DNA from: an uncultured SAR86 cluster bacterium
GTDB taxonomy: Bacteria > Pseudomonadota > Gammaproteobacteria > Magnimaribacterales > D2472
DNA: 59,072 nt
Reading direction: 5' to 3'
Assembly: GCA_902635645.1 (NCBI GenBank)
Contig: CACPON010000004.1
Location: 1-59,072, forward strand
A model generated the notes under the pieces. That model was not told the DNA's origin and made no database searches. It saw nothing but the letters and a program-made list of their open reading frames with translations. Position 1 is the stretch's first letter; every line of letters starts with the position of its first letter. Below are positions 11,934 through 22,245 of the stretch, piece by piece. The position numbers were made by a program, and so were the translations under genes.

Positions 11934-13176
11934 TTTTTACTCTTGTTAATAATAATCCACCAATAATAAATAAAATTGCTATAGGCAATAAAGCTATTCT
12001 CACATTTCCGTATAAAGTTAAAAGACTGCCAACCAGAAGAGGTCCCAATATAGCTCCTGCCCTTCCCATTACATTATACAAACCAAAAAACTCACCGGCT
12101 TTTTCTTTAGGGATTAATTTTCCAAAGTAACCTCTTGAACTCCCCTGGATACCGCCCTGAACACATCCAACCCATGCAGCTAAAAGATAAAATTCAAGGG
12201 CGCTTGATAAAGTGGTGCTATAAATAATGATAAATATATATGAACAAATAGTTATATACAAAACTAATTTATCTCCAAATCTATTAGCTACATACCCCCA
12301 AATTAATGTAGCAGGAAAGGCTACAAGTTGGACTAGTATTAATGCTTGAATAATAGAACTAGTTTCCAATCCAAGATTTAGAGCAAAAGTTGAAGCAAGA
12401 TAAATTACAGTATGAGCGCCATCAATAAATAAAAAAAATGCAATCAAAAAAAGGAAAGCATTTTTATACTGATAAACAGATTTTAAAGTTGTGACGATAT
12501 TCTTTAGTGATGAAAGAACAATACCTTTAGATTTATGATGATCTCTAGTTTCTTGAAAATTTAATAATAAAGGTATTAAAAATAATAACCACCAAACAGA
12601 TACCATTAAAAATGAGACTCTAATTGCATCAGATTGTGAATCAAGACCAAATGATGTTGGATAAATACTCATTAATGCATTCACTATGAATAGCAATCCT
12701 CCGCCTGCGTAGCCCCATGCATAACCCTGGTTAGAGATTATTGAAAACTTTTCAGGTGTTGAGATCTTTGTAAGAATTTTGTCGTAAGGAATTTGTGCTA
12801 CACAAAAACAATAATTTGCTATACCAAAGAAAACCAATGCATAAATCCACGATCCAACAGAAAGAAAATATAAAAGTCCAACAAAAAATACAGAAGTGAT
12901 TGTAAAGATTGTTAGAGATTTTTTGGTTGACTGATTAATATCAGTAATCGCACCTATAACAGGGCCAGACAGTAAAATAGAAACATTACATATAACTAAA
13001 GTCCAATTTAGATATATAGATGCTTCAATTTTAGGTAGGTTTGATGCCCAAAATTCTAAGTAAAAAATTGGAAAAAAAGCTGCAACAACAGTAGTAGCGA
13101 ATGCTGAATTTCCAGCATCATAAGCAATCCATGATTTAACAGTTCTTGTAAAAGTTCTATCTGACGAATTATTCAA
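11920..13176 (-). CDS. MFS transporter, UMF1/Atg22-like family
   Basis: SWIAYDAGNSAF, GYAWGYAGG, GEFFGLY; 12 TM segments. Confidence 0.88.
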   Translation of the reverse strand: MNNSSDRTFTRTVKSWIAYDAGNSAFATTVVAAFFPIFYLEFWASNLPKIEASIYLNWTLVICNVSILLSGPVIGAITDINQSTKKSLTIFTITSVFFVGLLYFLSVGSWIYALVFFGIANYCFCVAQIPYDKILTKISTPEKFSIISNQGYAWGYAGGGLLFIVNALMSIYPTSFGLDSQSDAIRVSFLMVSVWWLLFLIPLLLNFQETRDHHKSKGIVLSSLKNIVTTLKSVYQYKNAFLFLIAFFLFIDGAHTVIYLASTFALNLGLETSSIIQALILVQLVAFPATLIWGYVANRFGDKLVLYITICSYIFIIIYSTTLSSALEFYLLAAWVGCVQGGIQGSSRGYFGKLIPKEKAGEFFGLYNVMGRAGAILGPLLVGSLLTLYGNVRIALLPIAILFIIGGLLLTRVKNEIT

Positions 13177-13281
13177 TAGGAATTAAATTATTTATAGTTG
13201 TCTTTATTTTATATCCTTTGCTAACAAATAACCTTGTAAATACCCATATTTTTGTTATATTTTTTTTAGGAGGAGTGTGAC

Positions 13282-13380
13282 ATGAGTGATAGTCAGACTA
13301 TAAAATTAGGTAGTTACTTTGTACTAGGTATTGGTTTCGTAGTATTTTTACTAGGTTTAGGGGCCTATATATTTTATTAG
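13282..13380 (+). CDS. 32-aa single-TM small protein (not in ORF track)
   Basis: MSDSQTIKLGSYFVLGIGFVVFLLGLGAYIFY*. Strong AGGAGGAG RBS; TTGTAA-16-TATATT promoter with extended TG; stop overlaps the hinT stop. Confidence 0.7.
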   Translation: MSDSQTIKLGSYFVLGIGFVVFLLGLGAYIFY

Positions 13381-13718
13381 CCTGGAGGCCAATTCAAAGA
13401 TCTGCCTGATAAAAGATGTAAATGCAGGTGAAAGACACTTTGACCTGCTTTTGCACCATTGTTGATAACAATCCTAAATGTGTTATCGAGATTAAGCTGT
13501 TCAGCAACCTTCCCCGCCACCAACATTAAATGCCCTAAAACTTCCTGATCTTCAATTGATGAATCTGAAAGTTTTGGTATTACTTTTTTTGGAATTATTA
13601 ATAAGTGTGTTGGAGCTTGCGGATGAATATCTTTTATTACTATAGAGAGGTCGTCTTCATAAATAATATCTGCTGGTATCTCTCTATTTATAATTTTTTC
13701 AAATAAAGTCTCAGACAT
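13377..13718 (-). CDS. hinT: HIT-family nucleotide-binding protein
   Basis: ETLFEKII, PQAPTH, GQSVFHLHLH, WPPG C-terminus. Confidence 0.95.
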   Translation of the reverse strand: MSETLFEKIINREIPADIIYEDDLSIVIKDIHPQAPTHLLIIPKKVIPKLSDSSIEDQEVLGHLMLVAGKVAEQLNLDNTFRIVINNGAKAGQSVFHLHLHLLSGRSLNWPPG

Positions 13719-13720
13719 TA

Positions 13721-13906
13721 TTAAAAGGCTCTAAAAAATCTAAAGCCAATATAAAAAATTGCTGCTGTCATGAGAATAGCTAACAAAATAATAAATAAAT
13801 CTCTAATAGTTTGTAAAAAGCGGCCTTGTTTTTTTGCTCTCACAAGTTGCATTAGTAAATAAACTAACGCGATGGTACTTACAACTAAAATAAAAACACT
13901 TAACAT
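13721..13906 (-). CDS. 61-aa two-TM hypothetical protein
   Basis: Tightly packed between dedA and hinT (2-3 bp gaps); hydrophobic. Confidence 0.65.
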   Translation of the reverse strand: MLSVFILVVSTIALVYLLMQLVRAKKQGRFLQTIRDLFIILLAILMTAAIFYIGFRFFRAF

Positions 13907-13909
13907 AAT

Positions 13910-14413
13910 TTATCCTAAAACAGATCCTATTCCTGTGACTAGAAAGCCTAATGCTAAACCCCAGCATATGCAAGCTATTAGATCTGCTATATAAAATTTA
14001 ATAACTTTTAAATCTGATATTCCAAGTAAAAATGGAACAATTGGTCTTATAGCTGGAATAAACCTACCCATTAAGACTGTGTATGACCCAGTTTTATCTA
14101 AAAATTTTTGAGCTCTATTAATAACCTTTTCTCTTTTTTGAACAACCTTAGTTGACATAATTTGTGGACCGATAGTTTTACCAAAAATAAAACCTGACAT
14201 GTCACCTAGATGAGCACCAACGACTGCTACAGGAACAATGGCAGTTATTGGCATTAATTCAGTGTTATAAACCAAAATACAAATAGAAAATAAGATTGCA
14301 CTTGAAACAATTAACCCTGAAAGAATAAAGGATTCAAGAAATGCAAAAAATAATACAAACAACCATGCATATTCGGCATTGGCATTCAAATATATTTCTA
14401 TTTTTTCGAACAT
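13910..14413 (-). CDS. DedA-family membrane protein
   Basis: FAFLES, GAHLGD, GRFIPAIR. Confidence 0.9.
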   Translation of the reverse strand: MFEKIEIYLNANAEYAWLFVLFFAFLESFILSGLIVSSAILFSICILVYNTELMPITAIVPVAVVGAHLGDMSGFIFGKTIGPQIMSTKVVQKREKVINRAQKFLDKTGSYTVLMGRFIPAIRPIVPFLLGISDLKVIKFYIADLIACICWGLALGFLVTGIGSVLG

Positions 14414-14500
14414 TGGTTATTTAATTTTAATCAAAGATAATATTTTACTTTATTAAAGCCGTTAGCTTATAGTTTAAAACTTATAATTAAAATATCTAAA

Positions 14501-15619
14501 ATGATTAAAGAATTCCAAATAAATATTAATGACAGCCAAATTGAGCTTTTGCACAAGAAAATTGAGTTAACAAGATGGCCGGATGAAATAAATAATGAAT
14601 ACTGGTCTCATGGAACTAGCATGTGTTTTCTTAAAGACTTATCTGAGTATTGGATAAATGATTTTAATTGGAGAGCACATGAAAAAGAATTAAATGATAT
14701 TGGTAGTTATAAATTTACCTCTAAAACAGGTCTTGATATTCATTTTCTTCATGCTAAATCTAATCAAAAAAATTCTTTACCACTTGTTATGACCCATGGA
14801 TGGCCTGGAAGTGTTCAAGAATTTATCAAAGTCATTCCTTTAATACAGGAACAATCCAATAGACCAATAGATATAATATGCCCTTCCCTTCCAGGGTTTG
14901 GCTTTTCTGATAAGCCAAAAGATCTTGGAATGAATTCAGAGGAAATAGCAAAAATTCAACATGAACTAATAATGGCTTTGGGATATAAACAATATATTGT
15001 TCAAGGCGGCGACTGGGGTGCAACAGTATCTAAATGGATGGCGGAACTATTTCCTGAAAACTGTATTGGTATTCATTTAAACTTAGTGATTGCATTTCCT
15101 CCAAATACCGAAAATCCAATGGAGGGAGTTACAGATAAAGAATTGAACTTCCTTGAGAATTTTAATAAATACAAAACTCAGGGTTACGGCTATTATGAAA
15201 TTCAAAAAACAAAACCTCAAACCATAGGGTATGGCCTTAACGATTCACCTATTGGTCTTGCTGCATGGATATCTGAAAAATTTTATGGATGGTTTGATGG
15301 TAATGATAACAACTTGGTTATATCTAATGACGAGGTCTTAAGCATAATATCTCTCTATTGGTTTACAGAATCTATAACCTCTTCTGCAAGACTCTATAAA
15401 GAAAATGGTGACTTTGGTTTTTCTTTTAACTCAATCAAGCAACCAATGGCTGGTGCTATTTTTAAAAGAGATATTATGTTGCCACCAAGGGTTTGGGCTG
15501 AAAAAATTTATAACGTAGTTCAGTGGAATGAATATGATGGCGGGCATTTCGCAGCTATGGAAAGACCAGAAGAGTTATCAAATGATGTGATTCAGTTCAT
15601 TAATAAATTAGAGCTCTAG
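14501..15619 (+). CDS. Epoxide hydrolase (EHN domain + alpha/beta hydrolase)
   Basis: TRWPD, HGWPGS, PSLPGFGFS, QGGDWG, GGHFAAME. Confidence 0.93.
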   Translation: MIKEFQININDSQIELLHKKIELTRWPDEINNEYWSHGTSMCFLKDLSEYWINDFNWRAHEKELNDIGSYKFTSKTGLDIHFLHAKSNQKNSLPLVMTHGWPGSVQEFIKVIPLIQEQSNRPIDIICPSLPGFGFSDKPKDLGMNSEEIAKIQHELIMALGYKQYIVQGGDWGATVSKWMAELFPENCIGIHLNLVIAFPPNTENPMEGVTDKELNFLENFNKYKTQGYGYYEIQKTKPQTIGYGLNDSPIGLAAWISEKFYGWFDGNDNNLVISNDEVLSIISLYWFTESITSSARLYKENGDFGFSFNSIKQPMAGAIFKRDIMLPPRVWAEKIYNVVQWNEYDGGHFAAMERPEELSNDVIQFINKLEL

Positions 15620-16684
15620 TGCTTTAATTACTTCCTCGAATGAAACATATTTAAAATTTTGTCTTTTAACTATTTTTTTTCCATCGTTGGTGCCGTCTTG
15701 AACTACTAGCAAGCCCTTTGGATATTTACTATTAAGTCTATTACTAACAACATCAATACCATCAGTGTCATTTACATTATCAATCTTTCCTGAATGACCA
15801 ATTTTAAAGCTACCTAAATAGTTATAAGGCTCAGTTCGATTATACACATTAAACGAATTATCACCTTGAGATGAAAGTAAAATATAACCATCATTGGTTG
15901 ATGTTTTATAGATAGTAACTCCTTCAGGATCATCATCAATGTTTCCTGATCTTGAATCAATAATCACAGGATTGGAGAAGTCTAAGTTTGAATTTATTTT
16001 ATATGCTCTGAGTATTCCTCTGTCTTGTTCTTCCGAGATTAACAGAGTTCTATTTTCATCATCGTAAACACAACCTTCTGATTGAGCAGCATTTGCATTA
16101 TTGAACGTTTTTAATAATGACAAGCCGTCTTCATCATAAGACCACATTTGAACTCTAGAACCCTCATCTTCGGTTATAAAAGCTATCACACCAAACTCTT
16201 GATCATATCCAGCACAAACTCCGTATACGACAATATTAGTTCTGCCCTTAAAAGAAGGATCTTTTTCAATATTAAAGTTTTTTGATTTGGCTAGAGCATC
16301 CATTGCCTCATCTTCGTATATCCACAAGTCCAAAGTACTAGTTGTTCTATTTGAAGCAAAAATAAATGTGTACGAACCAAAATCATCTAAATTAACAGAT
16401 CTAAGATCAATATTATTTATATTTCCTAATTCGGTATAACCAATTTTTTTTGCATTTAAATCGTAGGTATAAACTCCACTTTTTTTATCAGTTCCAAAAA
16501 TAAGTGAGTTAGTAGTTGATATATTATTTATCCATATTGCTGGATCGTCAGCAGCGTCTCCTTTCGTTACGACCTGAGGGGTTTCAGCATTGGGCTTTAC
16601 AACATATACGATCTTGTCTTCAGGATCTCCCGAAACAAAAAATGAAAAACAAACTAGGAATGAAAGATATGATTTTTTTAGCAT
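15608..16684 (-). CDS. Beta-propeller phytase (single domain, secreted)
   Basis: DAADDPAIW, GTDKK, NNIDLR, EGCVYD, SSQGDNS, TDGID, VVQDG, QNFK. Confidence 0.92.
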   Translation of the reverse strand: MLKKSYLSFLVCFSFFVSGDPEDKIVYVVKPNAETPQVVTKGDAADDPAIWINNISTTNSLIFGTDKKSGVYTYDLNAKKIGYTELGNINNIDLRSVNLDDFGSYTFIFASNRTTSTLDLWIYEDEAMDALAKSKNFNIEKDPSFKGRTNIVVYGVCAGYDQEFGVIAFITEDEGSRVQMWSYDEDGLSLLKTFNNANAAQSEGCVYDDENRTLLISEEQDRGILRAYKINSNLDFSNPVIIDSRSGNIDDDPEGVTIYKTSTNDGYILLSSQGDNSFNVYNRTEPYNYLGSFKIGHSGKIDNVNDTDGIDVVSNRLNSKYPKGLLVVQDGTNDGKKIVKRQNFKYVSFEEVIKALEL

Positions 16685-16699
16685 AAATAAATTTTAAAT

Positions 16700-16732
16700 A
16701 AAAAAGGCAACGTTTTCACGTTGCCTTTTTTT
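16700..16732. terminator. Hairpin/terminator between the TonB receptor and phytase
   Basis: AAAAAAGGCAACG-ttttca-CGTTGCCTTTTTTT, with T-tracts on both strands. Confidence 0.85.
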
Positions 16733-16745
16733 GGTTTAACGAGAT

Positions 16746-19280
16746 TTACAGATTATATCTTATGCCAATAGAATATGTTCTACCATACTCATCATATTGA
16801 GATAACCTGTTAGGAGTTCCCCAATAATAAAATTCAGGCTCATCTGTAATATTACTAATATCAAATTTGACACTCATTTGATCATTGATCTTGTACTTCA
16901 TATTAAAGTCTATTTGAGTATGATCATCAGTATATCTAATATTATTATTATCTAAATCTTCCTGTATAGTTTCAGCATCATCATCAGCAAGATAGTCTAA
17001 ATAAGGAGATCTTGAAACAGCTGATAGTCTGATATCAAACTTATTTTTATCATAGCCTATAGAGATATTTGAAACATCTTCTGATAATTTTCTAAATGGA
17101 AATGTTACCGTTCCGTTATCTACAGCCAGGGAAGAGTTTCCATCAGTTTTAGTAACATTCATTGAAAGAAACAAACCATCGAAGGGTTCAGGCAACATAT
17201 TTAATTCTTGAAATATATTAAATTCAAAGCCATCAACTTCAGAATCATCTGTATTTACATATGTTAGCAATTCATCAAACAGCAAACCATTTATGGTTGT
17301 ATTGGCAACAGCTAATGGATAAATTGCATTTTCTATATCTTTTTTGAAGTATCCAAAAGATGCGAATGAACCTTCTCCATAATACTCAATAGACAAATCA
17401 AAATTAGTTGCCTCATAAGGATCAAGATCAGGGTTACCCATCTCACCTCGATAATTACCATCATCTCTCTCAGTGATATCTGCAATTAAATTTGCCTGAC
17501 CAAAGCCTGGTCTAGATAATGCTCTCCAAATCGCACCTCTTACAATAGTTTGATCATTTAAGAAGTATTTTACATTCAAGCTAGGAGATACAAATGTATA
17601 ACTTTTTGATGCAGTTAAAACATCATTTACATCACCATCATTGTATCCAAGAGTATCGTAATCAGTATCTTCAATTCTGATACCTGCGATTACAACTGCT
17701 TTATCAAACTCCATTGTACCCATAAGATATAAAGCTGTGATATCTTCATTAGTAGTAAAATCTTCTTCAAAATTATCATAATCAGGTCCGCCTGTATATT
17801 GGCCTTTTCTTGCATATAGAAGATTTTCATTTGCGTGAGGGCCGTAAGCTTGTCCAGCAAATGGCCAAGATCTTGTGTAAGGTCCAAATTGAGATTGAAG
17901 TAATGCTTGTACATTATCATCATCAACTTCTATTTGATTACTATCACCTTTCTTTTCTCTAGATCTGTATTTAAAACCATACTTCACAGTTGTTGGTGCA
18001 TCCATAAATGTAAAACCATCTTTTGTCATGTCAACACTAAAAGCTGTTTCAGTATCTTTAATTAAGCTCCAGTCCTCTTCCCATGCATCAACATTTAAAT
18101 CAGCATAAAGCACGCCTTGAGCGTATGTGGTAAGAGCTAACCCAACTTTTTGAGGATTCTGATAAAAGAAAGTACCACAGGGACCTTCGCAATCATCAAC
18201 GTCTATTCTCTCGCTTCTGAATGTTACATCTACGTTATCTGTATCATTTTCTTCTGCATAAGAGTGACTAAACTGTATTTCTGCAAACCAATCATTTATT
18301 AGAGTTTCCCCACCGAAAATTACAGTTCTAATATCCCGTGTCTCAATTCTTTTTCTAACTTCAGCATCTCTTCTTATTCTATTAATTTCACTTGAGCCTG
18401 CAAATACGTTTCCTGTTCTAAGAGAACCAAACTCTTCTTTGTTTCTTAATTCATCATCCTCATAGTGGTTATATAAAAAGTTTGCATAAATTGCGGTGTT
18501 ATCATCAATCACCATATCAATATCATAAGTAACACCAGTTCTTTCTCTTGTTAAGTCATAAAATCTCATTTCCCAATCATCATCAAGAAAGATATTTCCA
18601 TTGTCGGTATCCCATGCTGGAAAACCTGTTTCGTTATTGTAGGTAACGATTTGTTTACTGGCATAAGTAACACCTAATACGTGACCAACATTGTCTGAAA
18701 TCATGGATCCATACGTTAAAGCCATTTTTGGATTATCGCGATTCTTTGATTGGGTATTGTATGAAGTATCCAGTTTAGCTTTTAATAGTGTTCCATCAAG
18801 TGAGGTAGCTCTTTTAGTATTAAATTCAATTCTACCGCCTATTGAATCAGCATCTTTATCAGCTGTAAGAGATTTATATACTTCTATAGAATCAAGTAAC
18901 TCTGTTGGCAAACCATCAAGCATGACTGTTCTTCCACCTTCAGGAGCAGGCACAAGAGCACCATTTACAGAAATTGAATTGAGATCACCAGATATGCCTC
19001 TGATATTTACATATCGGCCTTCACCCTGATCGTTTTCAACTGTAATACCTGATAATCTTCTAATGGCTTCAGCTGCAGTTGTATCAGGGAAATCACCTAA
19101 TGCATCAGAATCAACAACTGATACAATTAAATTTGAATTTCTTTGCTTATCAATTGCAGATATTAAACTTGCCTTAGTACCAACAGTTACCACCTCTTCG
19201 ACGCTATCTTCTGACTCTTGAGCAATAAAAGAATTTGAAATTGATAATAGTGCTAGTACAGATAATAATTTTTTATACAT
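16746..19280 (-). CDS. TonB-dependent receptor (phytase-associated)
   Basis: TonB box EEVVTVG, FPDTTAAEAIRRLSGI..DQGEGRYVNIRG plug, GNPDLDPY, C-terminal GRTYSIGIRYNL. Confidence 0.95.
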   Translation of the reverse strand: MYKKLLSVLALLSISNSFIAQESEDSVEEVVTVGTKASLISAIDKQRNSNLIVSVVDSDALGDFPDTTAAEAIRRLSGITVENDQGEGRYVNIRGISGDLNSISVNGALVPAPEGGRTVMLDGLPTELLDSIEVYKSLTADKDADSIGGRIEFNTKRATSLDGTLLKAKLDTSYNTQSKNRDNPKMALTYGSMISDNVGHVLGVTYASKQIVTYNNETGFPAWDTDNGNIFLDDDWEMRFYDLTRERTGVTYDIDMVIDDNTAIYANFLYNHYEDDELRNKEEFGSLRTGNVFAGSSEINRIRRDAEVRKRIETRDIRTVIFGGETLINDWFAEIQFSHSYAEENDTDNVDVTFRSERIDVDDCEGPCGTFFYQNPQKVGLALTTYAQGVLYADLNVDAWEEDWSLIKDTETAFSVDMTKDGFTFMDAPTTVKYGFKYRSREKKGDSNQIEVDDDNVQALLQSQFGPYTRSWPFAGQAYGPHANENLLYARKGQYTGGPDYDNFEEDFTTNEDITALYLMGTMEFDKAVVIAGIRIEDTDYDTLGYNDGDVNDVLTASKSYTFVSPSLNVKYFLNDQTIVRGAIWRALSRPGFGQANLIADITERDDGNYRGEMGNPDLDPYEATNFDLSIEYYGEGSFASFGYFKKDIENAIYPLAVANTTINGLLFDELLTYVNTDDSEVDGFEFNIFQELNMLPEPFDGLFLSMNVTKTDGNSSLAVDNGTVTFPFRKLSEDVSNISIGYDKNKFDIRLSAVSRSPYLDYLADDDAETIQEDLDNNNIRYTDDHTQIDFNMKYKINDQMSVKFDISNITDEPEFYYWGTPNRLSQYDEYGRTYSIGIRYNL

Positions 19281-19354
19281 AATTTACCTCTTATTTAGTA
19301 TGAAAAAAAACTTATAGCACAGTATCATTTCATTGAATAATATGTCGCACATTA

Positions 19355-19382
19355 ATGAAAATTTTTGCAACATTCATGTGAC
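19355..19382 (-). promoter_or_regulatory. Pho-box-like direct repeats upstream of the TBDR-phytase pair
   Basis: Minus strand GTCACA-n5-GTTGCA-n5-TTTCAT, 11-bp period. Confidence 0.55.
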
Positions 19383-19397
19383 GTAGATATTTTAGGA

Positions 19398-19426
19398 TTT
19401 ACATTTATACGACAAATGTCGATAAT
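19398..19426 (+). promoter_or_regulatory. sigma70 promoter of tetR with operator-like palindrome in the spacer
   Basis: TTTACA-17-GATAAT ending 6 nt before the ATG; CGACA-aa-TGTCG at 19410-19421. Confidence 0.55.
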
Positions 19427-19432
19427 TAAGTT

Positions 19433-20029
19433 ATGCAAAATCCTCCTAAACAAAGTAGAAGCAAATTAAGAATTCAAACCATAATTGAAACTGCCGAGAA
19501 AATTTTGCTTGAGGAAGGTATTGATAATATAACTATTGCTCACATATCGGAATTATCAGGACTTAAAAGAACGTCTACCTATAAATTTTTTCCTACACCT
19601 AAATCGTTAAAATCAGAGATGTCTAATATTTATATAAGCGAGTGTATTAGAGATTTTAAATCTAAGTCTGAAAATATTAAAACTGACAATCTATCTGTAA
19701 TTGTCCTGAGGTGTGTTGGCATTCTTTATGATTACTTTGATAATAATTTAAAAGCTCAAAAACTTATCCTTTCAAATGAGTTTAGCCCCTCTTTAGAAAC
19801 AGATAAATTTAACGAATTATCTTCCGTAATTCAGTCTTTTGTTGATATGAATATCAAATTGCCTGAGATGTTTAATAAAGATGGTGTATACAGGGTTTTT
19901 ACTCAAATTATTATTTCAATTTTTTCTTTAAATCTAAAAGAAAATAATTCTATTGACGAAGTTGGGAAAATTGAAGCCCATAGAGCCGGGCATGCATACT
20001 TATTAGATTGGGTTAACCATAGTTCTTAA
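19433..20029 (+). CDS. TetR/AcrR-family regulator
   Basis: PKQSRS..RIQTII.TA..ILLEEG...TIAHI..LSGL...STYKFFP helix-turn-helix. Confidence 0.9.
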   Translation: MQNPPKQSRSKLRIQTIIETAEKILLEEGIDNITIAHISELSGLKRTSTYKFFPTPKSLKSEMSNIYISECIRDFKSKSENIKTDNLSVIVLRCVGILYDYFDNNLKAQKLILSNEFSPSLETDKFNELSSVIQSFVDMNIKLPEMFNKDGVYRVFTQIIISIFSLNLKENNSIDEVGKIEAHRAGHAYLLDWVNHSS

Positions 20030-20031
20030 CT

Positions 20032-21276
20032 TTAAACATTAAAAATTAATCTTAGAATTACATAAAACAAAATTGTGAATGTAGCTCCCACAGGTATTGT
20101 TATTATCCAAGAAGCAAAAATTCTTTTAATTGAGCTTATGTCTAAATGTTCATACCCTCTTGCTAAACCAACTCCAATGACTCCTCCTACTAATGTATGT
20201 GTAGTGGATATTGGAAAACCAAGATAAGACGCAGCAAGAACTGTTGATGCAGTAGCCATGTTTGCAGAAAAACCTAAGCTCGGTGTTAGCGTTGTAATTT
20301 TTTCACCAACAGTTTTAATAACGTGTCTTCCCATAATTGCTAGGCCAGCTACTATACCTACAGCACCCAGAAGTAAAACCCATGAGTTTAATTCGGATGA
20401 ACTTTGAATTGTTCCATCAGAAGATACTATTGATACAATTGCTGCAATTGGACCAATTGCATTTGCAACATCATTAGAACCATGAGCAAAAGCCATAGCA
20501 CATGCTGTAACAACCATTAAGATTCCAAATTGATTTTCAACATTTCTTATATTTTTTGATTGAACAAATAAAAATACAAACGTAAGAATAGAAACTGCAA
20601 TACTAATACCAATTGTAAATAAATATATTTCATTATCCGTCCAATTAATGCCCACATGCTTTAAACCTTTTCTTGCAGTTACAAGACATATAACAGCAGA
20701 TACGAAGAAACTATAAAAAGGAATAAAGTATATTGCAGCTTGTTTGGGGTTTTCCCTGTCTAAAATCAAATATTTTGCAGATAGGTAGAGCAAAAATGCC
20801 ATAAGACCAGAAATCACTGGTGAAGTAATCCAGCTAGAAGCAATATTGCCAACTGTTCCCCATGATACGTTTGATGCTCCTTTTGATATTAAAACAAACC
20901 CAACAATAGCACCAACAATTGAATGAGTTGTGGAGACGGGCCAGCCCCTTGAACTTGCAATTATTAACCAAAAACCAGCAGCTAGTAGCGAGGACAGCAT
21001 ACCGATAATAAATATATTTACATCATTGGTGTATAAAAATGGATCAACTATTCCTTTTCTTATTGTCGATGTTACTTCACCGCCAGCAAAATAAGCACCT
21101 AAAAACTCAAAAATTGCAGCAATTATGACAGCCTGTTTAAGGGTTATGGCTTTGCTGCCAACTGATGTACCCATTGCGTTAGCTACATCATTGGCTCCTA
21201 TTCCATAAGCCATAAAAAAACCAACAACTGCGGCTATTATAATTATTAGCGCTGGATCCAAAAATAAATTTTCCAT
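20032..21276 (-). CDS. pitA: PiT-family inorganic phosphate transporter
   Basis: GANDVAN and HGSNDVAN signatures, PVSTTH/PISTTH. Confidence 0.95.
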   Translation of the reverse strand: MENLFLDPALIIIIAAVVGFFMAYGIGANDVANAMGTSVGSKAITLKQAVIIAAIFEFLGAYFAGGEVTSTIRKGIVDPFLYTNDVNIFIIGMLSSLLAAGFWLIIASSRGWPVSTTHSIVGAIVGFVLISKGASNVSWGTVGNIASSWITSPVISGLMAFLLYLSAKYLILDRENPKQAAIYFIPFYSFFVSAVICLVTARKGLKHVGINWTDNEIYLFTIGISIAVSILTFVFLFVQSKNIRNVENQFGILMVVTACAMAFAHGSNDVANAIGPIAAIVSIVSSDGTIQSSSELNSWVLLLGAVGIVAGLAIMGRHVIKTVGEKITTLTPSLGFSANMATASTVLAASYLGFPISTTHTLVGGVIGVGLARGYEHLDISSIKRIFASWIITIPVGATFTILFYVILRLIFNV

Positions 21277-21330
21277 AATAATAATTTAAATTAAAGCAAC
21301 GGCAAGTATAATGGTTCTTTGAATCCTTGA

Positions 21331-21358
21331 TGTTACATTATTGTAAGTTTTGGTAATT
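21331..21358. promoter_or_regulatory. Pho-box-like repeats in the divergent pit/ppk2 promoter
   Basis: TGTTACA-ttat-TGTAAGT-ttt-GGTAATT, 10-11 bp period. Confidence 0.5.
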
Positions 21359-21405
21359 TTAATTCTAATAAACTTATAGAACAAGAAACACTATCATAAA
21401 AATTT

Positions 21406-22245
21406 ATGTCATTAATCTCATTAGACCAAGCAGAATATAAAAGACTTGAAGCTAAGGCATACTCTCTTGAAAAACGTCGTCTTCAAATTGAATTATTGAA
21501 ACTTCAAGAAGATGTTATTAAGAATGATAGGAAAATATGCATTGTTTTTGAAGGAAGAGATACTGCTGGCAAAAGTTCTGCAATAAAATTTTTTTCAGAA
21601 TATCTAAGACCAAAGAATTTTAATTACGTACAACTAGGTATTCCGACTAAATGGGAGTCCTCACATTGGTTTCAGAGATGGGAAAAAGTTTTACCAAAAA
21701 AAGGTGAGATCTCTTTTCTTGATAGATCTTGGTATACCAGAGCAATAACCGAACCAATAATGGGTTATTGCAACGAACATCAATATAGAACATTTATGAA
21801 AAGAGTAAATAAATGGGAGCATGAATTAATAAATGGTGGAACTGAGTTAACAAAATTTTATTTTTCTTTATCAAGAGATCAACAAACAAGAAGAATGAAT
21901 GCAAGAAAAAACTCACAACTAAAATATTGGAAACTCTCTAAGAATGATGAAAAAATTGTTACCAAGTGGGATGCCTTCACTCTTTATAAGGACCAGATGT
22001 TTGATAAAACTTCAACTGATAAATCTCCATGGGTATCCATAAATTCAAATAATAAAATGATTGGACGTCTAACATCATTAAGATATCTTCTTATAAAAAC
22101 GGAATATGAAAATAAAAAAATACTGAAGCCTGCAAAATATTCAAAAAGCCTTGCAAACTATAGCGCAACTATTGAAGGTGTTACTTTTGAAAATCTTACT
22201 TATGAGCAATTTATGATAATAAGCAAATATAGCGATGATACATAA
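21406..22245 (+). CDS. ppk2: Polyphosphate kinase 2
   Basis: LQIELLKLQ, FEGRDTAGK (Walker A), DRSWY, WKLS, SPW. Confidence 0.95.
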   Translation: MSLISLDQAEYKRLEAKAYSLEKRRLQIELLKLQEDVIKNDRKICIVFEGRDTAGKSSAIKFFSEYLRPKNFNYVQLGIPTKWESSHWFQRWEKVLPKKGEISFLDRSWYTRAITEPIMGYCNEHQYRTFMKRVNKWEHELINGGTELTKFYFSLSRDQQTRRMNARKNSQLKYWKLSKNDEKIVTKWDAFTLYKDQMFDKTSTDKSPWVSINSNNKMIGRLTSLRYLLIKTEYENKKILKPAKYSKSLANYSATIEGVTFENLTYEQFMIISKYSDDT

